This document shows, one piece after another, positions 9,850 through 20,056 of a DNA stretch of 64,000 nt; within the stretch, counting starts at the first letter, position 1, and the number at the start of each line of letters is the position of its first letter. The notes under the pieces were generated by a model. That model did not search any database, was not told the origin of the DNA, and saw only the letters and a list, made by a program, of their open reading frames with translations. The DNA is from Tepidisphaera sp. GTDB taxonomy: Bacteria; Planctomycetota; Phycisphaerae; Phycisphaerales; UBA1924. The stretch lies in contig CP051526.1 in assembly GCA_050916045.1 (NCBI GenBank), forward strand, positions 2,080,001 through 2,144,000. The letters are read 5' to 3'. Position numbers and translations under genes: made by a program.

Positions 9850-12348
9850 TTGACCTTCACACTGACGTTGTATCTGTTCGCTGGTCTCGCCGCGGCCTCC
9901 TCGGCCGTCGTTGCTCCCATGGAGCAAGCTCAACCGGGCACGACGCCCGAGGCTGCCGTCACGACCCCCGCGGCCGCACCGACCCAGGCACCCGCGGCGG
10001 CCCCGACTCGCCAACCTGAGCAACCCGGCCAGGCTCCGGCCGCGAGCGCGGCCGACTCTTCCACACTGACGTCAGACGGCAAGTACAAGGCCCCCGACCT
10101 CAGCATCCAGCAGCGGGCCCCGTTCGGTCCCTCCGCCGGACGGGCGGACTCCACGCCCCAGGTCGCCGCGATCGTGGACGCGAGCCCCCTGACGACGGGT
10201 CTCTTCAGCGCGGGAGCGGGACTCGCGTTGCTTCTGACGGGCAGCTTGGCGTTCGGGCTTTCGCGCACGACGCGCGCCGACGGATCCGCCGCCCGTGCGC
10301 TCACGCTCGGCACCAAGCTCTCCCTCGGCTTCGGCACGCTGGTGACCGGCACCCTCGCGGTGTCCGCTCTCAACTCCCGCGCGTTGATGCTTGTCAGCAC
10401 GGACATCAGCAAAGCCAATCGATACTCCGACGAGAGCCAGTTGGTCGCAGAGCTCGAAGCCGACGCTCTCGAGAGCACGCTTCATGTGACGGACTTCTAC
10501 GTGTCAGGCTCCAATGAGACTCTCGCCAAGTACTCCGACGCGATGGCTTCCTTCGCGCAGAAGTACAAGGTCGTCGCTGCGGCCCTCGACGATCCTCAGC
10601 AGGCAAGCCAGCTCGCGCAGATCGGGCGTGACCTGGACAACTACCACGCGACATTCTTGGAAGTCGTCTCCCTCGCCGACAAGCGTGAGGCCCTCATTGA
10701 CGACCAGATGGGCCCGGCGGTGGCCCGTGTCAACGAGCTCCTCGAGGAATTGGCTCGGACCGCCGCTCTCGATGGCGATCTCTCGCTCGCCAACACAGTC
10801 CGCGAGCTCAACCTCGACATTCAGGGCGCCCGTGTGGCATTCTTCAAGTTCCTTCGATCCGCCGATCCCCGGATGTCGGAAGAAGCGGTCGCCCTCGCAC
10901 GCGAGGCGATGGGCGATCTCGATCGCATCGTGAGCGACGTGCAGCACCCGCGTCGCCAGGCGTGGCTCAAGGAAGCGACCGAAGCGACCAGCTTCTGGAT
11001 GAGCAGGCTTGAAGAAGCCCAGACGCTTCAGCAGCGCCGGAACGAGCTTGTGAAAGGACAGCTCGCCGGCCTCGCCGCGACCATCGCCGAGGATGCCCAC
11101 AAACTCGTAATCGCGATCGACGAGGCGAAGGACGCCGCGCTTGCAAGTACCGCAAGCACAGCGGCTCGCAACGAGGTCCTCTCGACCGTGATCGCGAGCG
11201 TGCTTTCTCTGCTCGGCGCGGTGATCGCACTGGGAATCGCCCGGAGCATCATCCGTCCCGTCTCAGGGATGATCGCCCGCATCTCGGAGATCCGGGCCTC
11301 CAACGACCTCACCCGCCAGGTGGATGTCGCTTCGCGTGACGAGATCGGTCGCTTGGGCGAAGCGTTCAACGGCATGGTTCAGACGCTGCACAACATCATC
11401 GCCGAGGTCAAGTCGGGCGCGGTCCAGATCGACGCCGGCGGCACGCAGATCGCTTCCGCCAGCCAGAGCATGGCGCAGGGCGCGAGCGAGCAGGCCTCCA
11501 GCCTCCAGCAGATCAGCGCCTCGCTCGAAGAGATCTCCGGCCAGACCCAGCAGGCCGCCGAGAACGCCCGCCAGGCCAACGCCCTCGCTCAGGAGAGCAA
11601 GAAGTCCGCGGATCGCGGGCAGCAGGAAATGTCACAGATGAACGAGGCGGTCAACGCCATCAAGCAGAGCAGCGGCGAGATCTCCAAGATCATCAAGGTC
11701 ATCGACGAGATCGCTTTCCAGACCAACCTCCTCGCTCTCAACGCTGCCGTCGAAGCCGCGCGTGCTGGTGAAGCCGGCAAGGGCTTCGCCGTCGTCGCCG
11801 AGGAAGTCCGCAACCTCGCTCATCGTTCGGCCGAAGCCGCGAAGAGCACGTCGTCGATGATCGAGGAGTCGGTCAAGCGCTCCGAGACCGGCGTGCAGAT
11901 CGCCGGCCGCGTGGGTCAGTCCCTCGAGGCCATCACGGTCAGCACCAACAAGGTCAGCGCCCTCCTCGCCGAGATCGCTTCCGCCGCCAGCGAACAGGCG
12001 ACCGGCGTCGGCCAGATCAACCAGGGGGTGAGCCAGCTCGATCAGGTCACGCAGCAGAACGCCGGCAACAGCGAGGAGCTCGCGTCGTCGGCGGAGGAAC
12101 TCTCCTCGCAGGTTGCCAGCCTCAACGAGCTCGTCGAGCGGTTCCGCGTCGGCGACAACGGCATGCGAACCACCACGGTCAAAGCTAAGCCCGCGGCGCC
12201 GGCCGTGAACGCCCACGCCGCGTCCCGCCATGCCACGCCAGCCGCCAAGCCCAGATCGGTCTCCGCGGGCAAGACGGCGGACAGGAAGGCCCACGCCGCG
12301 GAGAAGGTGATCCCGATGGGGGATGAGGAGTCACTCGCTTCGTTCTGA
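9850..12348 (+). CDS. Methyl-accepting chemotaxis protein 1 (long helical sensor, extra N-terminal extension)
   Basis: TTG start 9 nt after AGGAG; TM-sensor-TM-HAMP; '[34 protein letters not shown]'; ends SLASF. Confidence 0.95.
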   Translation: MTFTLTLYLFAGLAAASSAVVAPMEQAQPGTTPEAAVTTPAAAPTQAPAAAPTRQPEQPGQAPAASAADSSTLTSDGKYKAPDLSIQQRAPFGPSAGRADSTPQVAAIVDASPLTTGLFSAGAGLALLLTGSLAFGLSRTTRADGSAARALTLGTKLSLGFGTLVTGTLAVSALNSRALMLVSTDISKANRYSDESQLVAELEADALESTLHVTDFYVSGSNETLAKYSDAMASFAQKYKVVAAALDDPQQASQLAQIGRDLDNYHATFLEVVSLADKREALIDDQMGPAVARVNELLEELARTAALDGDLSLANTVRELNLDIQGARVAFFKFLRSADPRMSEEAVALAREAMGDLDRIVSDVQHPRRQAWLKEATEATSFWMSRLEEAQTLQQRRNELVKGQLAGLAATIAEDAHKLVIAIDEAKDAALASTASTAARNEVLSTVIASVLSLLGAVIALGIARSIIRPVSGMIARISEIRASNDLTRQVDVASRDEIGRLGEAFNGMVQTLHNIIAEVKSGAVQIDAGGTQIASASQSMAQGASEQASSLQQISASLEEISGQTQQAAENARQANALAQESKKSADRGQQEMSQMNEAVNAIKQSSGEISKIIKVIDEIAFQTNLLALNAAVEAARAGEAGKGFAVVAEEVRNLAHRSAEAAKSTSSMIEESVKRSETGVQIAGRVGQSLEAITVSTNKVSALLAEIASAASEQATGVGQINQGVSQLDQVTQQNAGNSEELASSAEELSSQVASLNELVERFRVGDNGMRTTTVKAKPAAPAVNAHAASRHATPAAKPRSVSAGKTADRKAHAAEKVIPMGDEESLASF
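11650..12092 (+). repeat. 443-bp tract identical to 17298-17740 (MCP1 vs MCP4 signalling tip)
   Basis: Base-by-base reading found no mismatch, including synonymous codons (GCT, CAT, CGT) that differ in the other MCPs. Confidence 0.9.
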
Positions 12349-12357
12349 TCCATGACG

Positions 12358-12400
12358 CTCACAGACCCGCGGGCTGACGCTCACGGGTCTGCTTGTTCGA
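12358..12400 (+). repeat. Inter-MCP hairpin, copy 1
   Basis: CTCA-CAGACCCGCGGGC-TGAC-GCTCACGGGTCTG-CTTGTTCGA. Confidence 0.8.
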
Positions 12401-12476
12401 CACCACCGGGGACCACTTTCACGCACGCCAGCCGACCGTCGAACAGCTCGCTGCACTTTCGAGGAACCAGTCCGAC

Positions 12477-14195
12477 ATGCCGAATCTCACGATTAAACTG
12501 AAGCTCGCCACCCTTGTCGTCACCACGGTCGGTGCCTTTGCGACTTTCGCGTATCTGACGCAGAAGACGCTGGGAGAGATCAAGGTCACCGGTCCCGTGT
12601 ACAACGAGATCATCACCGGCAAGGACCTGATCGCGGACATCCTCCCGCCCCCGGCGTACATCCTCGAGAGCTATCTCACGACGATGAAGATCACCTCGAC
12701 CGCCAACGCGACGGAACGCGACGAGCTCATCACCAGGCTCTTCACGCTGAAGAAGGAGTTCGAGGATCGCCAGGCATACTGGAAGGAGTCGCTTCCCGCC
12801 GGTGCGATGCGAGAGCTCCTGACCGTGCAGGCCGCCGATCCCGCCCGCGAGTTCTACAAAGCCGTCGACGAGAAGCTGCTCCCGCTTCTGGCCGCGGGCA
12901 AGCGCGAGGAAGCGACCGACCTTGTCCTCCGAGGCGAGGTCCGGGCCGCGTATGACAAGCACCGCGCCGCGATCGACCAGCTGGTCGAGCGAGCGACGAC
13001 CTACGCGAAGGAGACCGAGCTCGCGGCCAGCGGCCGTCTCCGGGCCGGCTGGCTGATGATGGCGGGCACCGCCATCGGCTCGGTCACCCTCCTGCTCGGC
13101 ATCACCGCGATCATCGCCCGCAGCGTCACCAAGCCGCTGAACGTGCTCAAGACGCGCTTCAGCGACATCGCTCGCGGCGAGGGCGACCTGACCAAACGCG
13201 TCATCGTCACGAGCAAAGATGAGTTGGGCGAGGTCGCCCAGTCCTTCAACGAGTTCGTCGAGAAGATCGAGCGCGTCGTTAGTGACGTCAAGTCCGGTGC
13301 GGTGCAGATCGACGCCGGCGGCTCCCAGATCGCCTCCGCAAGCCAGAACATGGCTCAGGGCGCGAGCGAGCAGGCCAGCAATCTCGAAGAGATCAGCGCT
13401 TCACTGGAACAGATCTCCGGCCAGACGCAGCAAGCCGCGGAGAACGCCCGCCAGGCCAACGCCCTCGCCCAGGAAAGCAAGCAGACGGCCGATCGCGGAC
13501 GGCGCGAGATGGCCGAAATGAACGACGCCGTCAACGCCATCAAGCAGAGCAGCGGCGAGATCTCCAAGATCATCAAGGTCATCGACGAGATCGCCTTCCA
13601 GACGAACCTGCTGGCTCTCAACGCCGCCGTCGAAGCGGCGCGTGCGGGCGAAGCCGGCAAGGGCTTCGCCGTCGTCGCCGAAGAAGTCCGCAACCTCGCC
13701 CAGCGGTCCGCCGAAGCCGCGAAGAGCACGTCCGCCATGATCGAAGAGTCCGTCCGACGCTCGGAGAACGGCGTCCAGATCGCGGCCCGCGTCGGCCAGT
13801 CTCTCGAGCAGATCACCGCGAGCACCAACAAAGTCAGCGCCCTGGTTCAAGAGATCGCCGCCGCGGCCGGCGAGCAGGCCACGGGCATCGGCCAGATCAA
13901 CCAGGGCGTGACCCAGCTCGACCAGGTCACCCAGCAGAACGCCGGCAACAGCGAGGAACTCGCGTCGTCGGCCGAGGAGCTCTCCTCGCAGGTCGCGAGC
14001 CTCAACGAGCTGGTCGAGCAGTTCAAGGTTGGCGACTCCCTGACCACGGGCACCGCCAAGGCCAAGCCGTCACGCACGCCAGTCGCCTCCTCCAAGCAGA
14101 CTCCGCGTCGGCCTGGCAAAGCCCCCGAGAAGGCGTCTCAGGTCGCCGAGAAAGTGATCCCCATGAGCGACGACGACTCGCTGGCTTCGTTCTGA
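12477..14195 (+). CDS. Methyl-accepting chemotaxis protein 2 (four-helix-bundle-type sensor)
   Basis: ATG at 12477 after GAGGAA; TM, '[19 protein letters not shown]' sensor, TM, HAMP, MCP signal domain; ends SLASF. Confidence 0.95.
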   Translation: MPNLTIKLKLATLVVTTVGAFATFAYLTQKTLGEIKVTGPVYNEIITGKDLIADILPPPAYILESYLTTMKITSTANATERDELITRLFTLKKEFEDRQAYWKESLPAGAMRELLTVQAADPAREFYKAVDEKLLPLLAAGKREEATDLVLRGEVRAAYDKHRAAIDQLVERATTYAKETELAASGRLRAGWLMMAGTAIGSVTLLLGITAIIARSVTKPLNVLKTRFSDIARGEGDLTKRVIVTSKDELGEVAQSFNEFVEKIERVVSDVKSGAVQIDAGGSQIASASQNMAQGASEQASNLEEISASLEQISGQTQQAAENARQANALAQESKQTADRGRREMAEMNDAVNAIKQSSGEISKIIKVIDEIAFQTNLLALNAAVEAARAGEAGKGFAVVAEEVRNLAQRSAEAAKSTSAMIEESVRRSENGVQIAARVGQSLEQITASTNKVSALVQEIAAAAGEQATGIGQINQGVTQLDQVTQQNAGNSEELASSAEELSSQVASLNELVEQFKVGDSLTTGTAKAKPSRTPVASSKQTPRRPGKAPEKASQVAEKVIPMSDDDSLASF

Positions 14196-14204
14196 GCTTG
14201 ATCT

Positions 14205-14247
14205 CTCACAGCCCCGCGGGTTGACGCCCGCGGGACTGCTTGTTCGA
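14205..14247 (+). repeat. Inter-MCP hairpin, copy 2
   Basis: CTCA-CAGCCCCGCGGGT-TGAC-GCCCGCGGGACTG-CTTGTTCGA. Confidence 0.8.
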
Positions 14248-14361
14248 TTCACAAGGGGCATTCGCGCCGGGCGAAGGTTCCATCAGGAGTACAGATCGCG
14301 GAGGCCCGCAACGTCCTTGTCGGATGTCAAGCCAAGTCCGCCAATCCGGGGAGTCATTTTA

Positions 14362-16041
14362 ATGGTCAGATCGATTCGGACGAAGTTCATTGGGCTTTCG
14401 CTCGTCGGTGTTACGCTGGTCGTGGGCGTCGGCGCGGTGGGTCTCTACTCGCTTTCGCAGTCCAACGCAGCCCTTCAAGAGATCGAGGTCAGCGCGGTCG
14501 TCATCCAGAACCACATGGAGTGCGACATGATGCACGATGCGCTGCGCTCAGACGTGCTCGCGTCGCTTCTGGCCACCACGCCGGAGGAGCACGAGGCCGC
14601 CTCGTCGGACTGCAAAGAGCACGCGGTCACGTTCATCAACTCGCTTCGGGCCAACGAGGATCTCTCGCTCAACTCTGAGATCAGCACCGCGATCGCACAG
14701 ATCCGGCCGAAGCTTGATGAGTACGTCCAGATGGCGACCTCCATGGTCGAGACCGCTCGCGCCGACCGCGACGCGGCGATGGCTCGCCTCCCCGAGTTCC
14801 GCACCTCGTTCCTCGCGCTCGAGACGGGCATGGGGGATCTGAGCGAGCTGATCGAGGGACACGTCAAGTCCTCATCCACGCACGCGCAGACGTCCTCGCA
14901 GCAGGTCGCCGCGCTCACGTGGACCGCGCTGTTGACAGGCGCCGCCCTCTGCCTGGGCTTGTCGATCCTGCTTTCGCGCAGCGTACTGAGGCCGATTCTG
15001 ACGATACGTCGGGAGATCGGGGAGATTCAGCGGACGCGGGATCTCACGCGACGCGTCGAGGTCGGCTCCAAGGACGAGCTCGGCTACCTCGCCGTCTCCT
15101 TCAACGAGATGGTCACCACACTCCACGACATCATCGGCGAGGTCAAGTCCGGCACCGCCCTCATCGACGCCGGCGGAAGCCAGGTCGCCCAGGCCAGCCA
15201 GTCCATGGCCCAGAACGCCAGCGATCAGGCAGGAAGCCTCCAGCAGATCTCCGCTTCCCTCGAGACCATCTCCGCCCAGACCAAGCAGAGCGTCGCAAGC
15301 ACCAACGAAGCCGACCGACTCTCCCAGGAGAGCAAGAAGTCCGCGGACCGCGGCTGCCAGGAAATGCGTCAGATGAACCAGGCCGTCATGGCCATCAAGG
15401 AAAGCAGCGGCGAGATCTCCAAGATCATCAAGGTCATCGACGAGATCGCCTTCCAGACCAACCTCCTCGCCCTCAACGCCGCCGTCGAAGCCGCCCGCGC
15501 CGGTGAAGCCGGCAAGGGCTTCGCCGTCGTCGCCGAGGAAGTCCGCAACCTCGCCCAACGCTCCGCCGAAGCCGCCAAGAACACCGCCTCCATGATCGAA
15601 GAGTCGGTCCGGCGTTCCGACAACGGTGTCCAGATCGCCGGACGCGTCGGTCAGGCTCTCGAAGAGATCGCCGGCAGCACCCACAAGGTCAAGACGCTCC
15701 TCTCCGAGGTCGCTTCCACCGCCGGAAGCCAGGCCGAGGGCATCGGCTCCATCACCTCGGTCCTCACGCAGCTCGACCACGTCGTCCAGCAGACCGCCGG
15801 CAACAGCGAAGAGCTCGCGTCTTCCGCTGAGGAAGTCTCCTCCCAGGTCATCAGCCTCAACCAGCTCGTCGATCAGTTCACCGTCGGTAAACACACGACT
15901 CTTACCAAACCCGCTAGGTTCGCGGCGGGAAGACAGCCCCGAGCGAGCAAGCCCGCTGCTCAACACCCCAAAGCCGCGGCCGGCTCCAAGGCACCCACAA
16001 AGGCAGAGAAGATCGAGTCCGAGTCTCTCGCGACGTTCTGA
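14362..16041 (+). CDS. Methyl-accepting chemotaxis protein 3
   Basis: ATG at 14362 after GGGAG; TM, '[15 protein letters not shown]' sensor, TM, HAMP, MCP signal domain; ends SLATF. Confidence 0.95.
   Translation: MVRSIRTKFIGLSLVGVTLVVGVGAVGLYSLSQSNAALQEIEVSAVVIQNHMECDMMHDALRSDVLASLLATTPEEHEAASSDCKEHAVTFINSLRANEDLSLNSEISTAIAQIRPKLDEYVQMATSMVETARADRDAAMARLPEFRTSFLALETGMGDLSELIEGHVKSSSTHAQTSSQQVAALTWTALLTGAALCLGLSILLSRSVLRPILTIRREIGEIQRTRDLTRRVEVGSKDELGYLAVSFNEMVTTLHDIIGEVKSGTALIDAGGSQVAQASQSMAQNASDQAGSLQQISASLETISAQTKQSVASTNEADRLSQESKKSADRGCQEMRQMNQAVMAIKESSGEISKIIKVIDEIAFQTNLLALNAAVEAARAGEAGKGFAVVAEEVRNLAQRSAEAAKNTASMIEESVRRSDNGVQIAGRVGQALEEIAGSTHKVKTLLSEVASTAGSQAEGIGSITSVLTQLDHVVQQTAGNSEELASSAEEVSSQVISLNQLVDQFTVGKHTTLTKPARFAAGRQPRASKPAAQHPKAAAGSKAPTKAEKIESESLATF
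14977..15896 (+). repeat. 920-bp tract nearly identical to 18741-19660 (MCP3 vs MCP5 HAMP and signalling domain)
   Basis: Constant offset of 3764 bp; only one difference seen (ATA vs ATG at 15006/18770); identical shadow ORFs in the six-frame track at the same offset. Confidence 0.92.
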
Positions 16042-16044
16042 GTT

Positions 16045-16090
16045 CTCAGCGGACGGCGCGGGCGAAAGCCCGCACGCCCGCTTGCCTCGA
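16045..16090 (+). repeat. Inter-MCP hairpin, copy 3 (divergent)
   Basis: CTCA-GCGGACGGCGCGGGC-GAAA-GCCCGCACGCCCGC-TTGCCTCGA. Confidence 0.65.
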
Positions 16091-16121
16091 GTTCATTCAT
16101 CCTCTAATCCGGGAGAAGGTC

Positions 16122-17969
16122 ATGCTTGGAAGACTCGCATCGCTAGGGCTTGGTACACGTGTCACGATGGCATCGCTCGCGGTGCTCGGCGTGGTGGTGG
16201 CGGTCAATGACACCGTCTTTGTAAAGGGATACAGCGTCAGCGCGGAAGACGCGATGATCGAGCGTGCCCGTACATTCACGGAGCTCGCCGATCAGACGAA
16301 GAACCACGTCGCGGAGCTGACCCGGCTCGGCGCCTTCGACCGCACTCAACTCCTCAAGGAGTTCGAGGAGGACAAGAAGGCCGGCAAGCCCTACACGGAA
16401 TCGAAGATCTTCAAGACCATTCCCGTCGTCGCCGGCTGGCTCGCGGCGGCGGAAGCGGCCAAAGCGGAAGGCATCGACTTCCACACGCCGGCGTTCGACG
16501 CTCGCAACAAGAGCAACGAACCGGCGGCGGGCTCGTTCGAGTCGGCGCTGCTCCGTGATCTGGAGAAGCAGGTCCAGACCGACGGCAGCGTCGCGATCCG
16601 TCGGGTTGACGAGTCGACGAACACGCTTCACTTCATGCGAGCCATCACGCTCGACGCCTCGTGCATGAGCTGTCACGGCGATCCGGCGACGAGTCAGACG
16701 AAGGACGGCAAGGACTTCCTCGGTTTCGCGATGGAAAACTGGAAGCCCGGCGACATGCACGGCGCTTTCCACGTCGCTCTCCCGCTCGCGCCGGTGGATC
16801 AGCAGGTCGCAGGCTTCCTGACCGGCAGCCTTCTCTGGACGATTCCGCTCGTCGCGGGCTCGGGCGTGCTGCTGATCTGGGGAACGAGGAAAATGCTCGC
16901 GGGACTGCGATCGCTCGACGCTCGCCTTCGCGATATCGCCCAGGGCGAGGGCGATCTGACCAAGCGCGTTCCCGTCACCGCGAAGGATGAGATCGGCCGA
17001 GTCGCGCAGTCCTTCAATCAGTTCGTTGACAAGATCGAACGACTCGTCTCTGAGGTCAAGTCGGGCGCGGTTCAGATCGACGCGGGCGGAACGCAGATCG
17101 CTTCCGCCAGCCAGTCGATGGCGCAGGGTGCCAGCGAGCAGGCTTCCAGCCTGCAGCAGATTAGTGCTTCGCTCGAAGAGATCTCCGGTCAGACGCAGCA
17201 GTCCGCCGAGAACGCCCGTCAGGCCAACTCCCTCGCCCAGGAAAGCAAGAAGTCAGCGGACCGCGGCCAGCAGGAGATGGCGCAGATGAACGACGCCGTC
17301 AACGCCATCAAGCAGAGCAGCGGCGAGATCTCCAAGATCATCAAGGTCATCGACGAGATCGCTTTCCAGACCAACCTCCTCGCTCTCAACGCTGCCGTCG
17401 AAGCCGCGCGTGCTGGTGAAGCCGGCAAGGGCTTCGCCGTCGTCGCCGAGGAAGTCCGCAACCTCGCTCATCGTTCGGCCGAAGCCGCGAAGAGCACGTC
17501 GTCGATGATCGAGGAGTCGGTCAAGCGCTCCGAGACCGGCGTGCAGATCGCCGGCCGCGTGGGTCAGTCCCTCGAGGCCATCACGGTCAGCACCAACAAG
17601 GTCAGCGCCCTCCTCGCCGAGATCGCTTCCGCCGCCAGCGAACAGGCGACCGGCGTCGGCCAGATCAACCAGGGGGTGAGCCAGCTCGATCAGGTCACGC
17701 AGCAGAACGCCGGCAACAGCGAGGAGCTCGCGTCGTCGGCCGAGGAGCTCTCCTCGCAGGTCGCGAGCCTCAACGACCTCGTCGGCCAGTTCAAGGTCTC
17801 CGGAGCCCCCACCTCCTCTTCACCCAAGAGCAAGGGTGCCGCGCCTTCCCGCACGTCTCAGGGATCGGCCAAGCCCGGCAAGTCTGCGCCGGGCAAAGCG
17901 CCGGCCAAGACATCCGACGCGGATCAGGTCATCCCGATGAACGACGAGCAGGAGCTCGCGTCCTTCTAG
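16122..17969 (+). CDS. Methyl-accepting chemotaxis protein 4 with periplasmic c-type heme (DUF3365-like) sensor
   Basis: CxxCH motif 'CMSCH' (16662-16676), 'TIPVVAGW', 'ARNKSNEP', '[10 protein letters not shown]'; HAMP; MCP signal domain; ends ELASF. Confidence 0.93.
   Translation: MLGRLASLGLGTRVTMASLAVLGVVVAVNDTVFVKGYSVSAEDAMIERARTFTELADQTKNHVAELTRLGAFDRTQLLKEFEEDKKAGKPYTESKIFKTIPVVAGWLAAAEAAKAEGIDFHTPAFDARNKSNEPAAGSFESALLRDLEKQVQTDGSVAIRRVDESTNTLHFMRAITLDASCMSCHGDPATSQTKDGKDFLGFAMENWKPGDMHGAFHVALPLAPVDQQVAGFLTGSLLWTIPLVAGSGVLLIWGTRKMLAGLRSLDARLRDIAQGEGDLTKRVPVTAKDEIGRVAQSFNQFVDKIERLVSEVKSGAVQIDAGGTQIASASQSMAQGASEQASSLQQISASLEEISGQTQQSAENARQANSLAQESKKSADRGQQEMAQMNDAVNAIKQSSGEISKIIKVIDEIAFQTNLLALNAAVEAARAGEAGKGFAVVAEEVRNLAHRSAEAAKSTSSMIEESVKRSETGVQIAGRVGQSLEAITVSTNKVSALLAEIASAASEQATGVGQINQGVSQLDQVTQQNAGNSEELASSAEELSSQVASLNDLVGQFKVSGAPTSSSPKSKGAAPSRTSQGSAKPGKSAPGKAPAKTSDADQVIPMNDEQELASF
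17298..17740 (+). repeat. Second copy of the 443-bp MCP1/MCP4 tract
   Basis: Identical to 11650-12092 (offset 5648). Confidence 0.9.
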
Positions 17970-17976
17970 AACCCAT

Positions 17977-18023
17977 CTCACGGAGTCGCGGGTCAACGCC
18001 CGCGCCTCCGCTTGTTGTTCCGA
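17977..18023 (+). repeat. Inter-MCP hairpin, copy 4
   Basis: CTCA-CGGAGTCGCGGGT-CAAC-GCCCGCGCCTCCG-CTTGTTGTTCCGA. Confidence 0.8.
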
Positions 18024-18098
18024 ACCGGGGCCGAGATCACACGAGGGAACCCACGCCGCTGAGGCGGGCACCCTCGATCTCTCGAGAAAGCAGAACAC

Positions 18099-19859
18099 AT
18101 GTCAACGCTCACCATCAAGACGAAACTGGCCATCCTTGTACTCGCCACCACGAGCGCGTTCAGCGTCTACACGTACTTCAGCCAGCGAACGCTGACTCGC
18201 GTGAAGGTGACGGGTCCGGTCTACACCGACATCGTCAAGGGCAAGGACCTCGTGGCCGACATCCTGCCGCCACCGGCGTACATCCTTGAGAGTTACCTGA
18301 CGGCGGTGCAGCTCACTTCCACGAGCGATGCCTCCGAACGCGACTCGCTGATCCGCAAGCTCGATAAGCTCAAGTCGGAGTTCGAAGCCCGCCAGGACCA
18401 CTGGAAGGCCGAGCTCCCCGAAGGAGCCCTCCACGTCCTTCTGACCCAGAAAGCCGCCGACCCGGCCCGTCGCTTCTACACGGCCGTCGAGAAGACCCTG
18501 CTCCCACTCATCGCGGCGGATAAACGCGATGAAGCCACCGCCCTCGTCCTTCGTGGCGACGTGCGTATCGCGTACGAAGAGCACCGTTCGGCGATCGATG
18601 AGCTCGTGACCGAGGCCACCGCGTTCGCTACAGACACCGAGTCCGCCGCACGCAAGGAGGTCGTCGCCGGCACCGCGATGATGCTCGGCACCGCCATCGG
18701 CTCCCTCGCCGTGCTGCTTGTGATCACGGCGGTGATCGCCCGCAGCGTACTGAGGCCGATTCTGACGATGCGTCGGGAGATCGGGGAGATTCAGCGGACG
18801 CGGGATCTCACGCGACGCGTCGAGGTCGGCTCCAAGGACGAGCTCGGCTACCTCGCCGTCTCCTTCAACGAGATGGTCACCACACTCCACGACATCATCG
18901 GCGAGGTCAAGTCCGGCACCGCCCTCATCGACGCCGGCGGAAGCCAGGTCGCCCAGGCCAGCCAGTCCATGGCCCAGAACGCCAGCGATCAGGCAGGAAG
19001 CCTCCAGCAGATCTCCGCTTCCCTCGAGACCATCTCCGCCCAGACCAAGCAGAGCGTCGCAAGCACCAACGAAGCCGACCGACTCTCCCAGGAGAGCAAG
19101 AAGTCCGCGGACCGCGGCTGCCAGGAAATGCGTCAGATGAACCAGGCCGTCATGGCCATCAAGGAAAGCAGCGGCGAGATCTCCAAGATCATCAAGGTCA
19201 TCGACGAGATCGCCTTCCAGACCAACCTCCTCGCCCTCAACGCCGCCGTCGAAGCCGCCCGCGCCGGTGAAGCCGGCAAGGGCTTCGCCGTCGTCGCCGA
19301 GGAAGTCCGCAACCTCGCCCAACGCTCCGCCGAAGCCGCCAAGAACACCGCCTCCATGATCGAAGAGTCGGTCCGGCGTTCCGACAACGGTGTCCAGATC
19401 GCCGGACGCGTCGGTCAGGCTCTCGAAGAGATCGCCGGCAGCACCCACAAGGTCAAGACGCTCCTCTCCGAGGTCGCTTCCACCGCCGGAAGCCAGGCCG
19501 AGGGCATCGGCTCCATCACCTCGGTCCTCACGCAGCTCGACCACGTCGTCCAGCAGACCGCCGGCAACAGCGAAGAGCTCGCGTCTTCCGCTGAGGAAGT
19601 CTCCTCCCAGGTCATCAGCCTCAACCAGCTCGTCGATCAGTTCACCGTCGGTAAACACACAGCTCTTACCAAAACCGTCAAGTTCAACACGGGTAGACAG
19701 CCCAGGAACGCCAAAGCGGCCACACCTGCAGGCTTCGTGGCGACGACGCGGCAGGAGCCGAACATCCGAAAGGTGTCACTCCCGAAAGCGGCTTCCGTAC
19801 GCGCTCCCTCTTTGTCCCAAGCAGAGCGTGCCGAGTCCAACACCCTCGCCACCTTCTAG
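18099..19859 (+). CDS. Methyl-accepting chemotaxis protein 5 (MCP2-like sensor, MCP3-identical cytoplasmic domain)
   Basis: Sensor '[33 protein letters not shown]' is paralogous to MCP2; ends TLATF. Confidence 0.95.
   Translation: MSTLTIKTKLAILVLATTSAFSVYTYFSQRTLTRVKVTGPVYTDIVKGKDLVADILPPPAYILESYLTAVQLTSTSDASERDSLIRKLDKLKSEFEARQDHWKAELPEGALHVLLTQKAADPARRFYTAVEKTLLPLIAADKRDEATALVLRGDVRIAYEEHRSAIDELVTEATAFATDTESAARKEVVAGTAMMLGTAIGSLAVLLVITAVIARSVLRPILTMRREIGEIQRTRDLTRRVEVGSKDELGYLAVSFNEMVTTLHDIIGEVKSGTALIDAGGSQVAQASQSMAQNASDQAGSLQQISASLETISAQTKQSVASTNEADRLSQESKKSADRGCQEMRQMNQAVMAIKESSGEISKIIKVIDEIAFQTNLLALNAAVEAARAGEAGKGFAVVAEEVRNLAQRSAEAAKNTASMIEESVRRSDNGVQIAGRVGQALEEIAGSTHKVKTLLSEVASTAGSQAEGIGSITSVLTQLDHVVQQTAGNSEELASSAEEVSSQVISLNQLVDQFTVGKHTALTKTVKFNTGRQPRNAKAATPAGFVATTRQEPNIRKVSLPKAASVRAPSLSQAERAESNTLATF
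18741..19660 (+). repeat. Second copy of the 920-bp MCP3/MCP5 tract
   Basis: See 14977-15896. Confidence 0.92.
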
Positions 19860-20056
19860 CCGACCGATACAGACGGCACAGGGCACTTCGAGCGTCCCTC
19901 TTCCGAGAATCGTCAGGAACACACTGAAGCCGACCTCTGACTGTTTCGAAGTACATAGCCCCGAGCCGTACGCCCGGGGTCCGATCGACAAACGTCCAAC
20001 GGCGAACCTTCGGGTTCACATCACCTCACTCAGCATCACACTTCGGGGAACGACCT

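Noticed and set aside
12358..18023. Inter-MCP hairpins as CRISPR repeats or integron attC sites
   Set aside because: They are separated by whole genes and are not identical; there are no cas or integrase genes, and no clear RYYYAAC/GTTRRRY attC core ends
19863..19870. ACCGATAC sigma28-like -10 box after MCP5
   Set aside because: No CCAG or palindrome at the matching distance, so it is not counted as a third copy of the promoter motif
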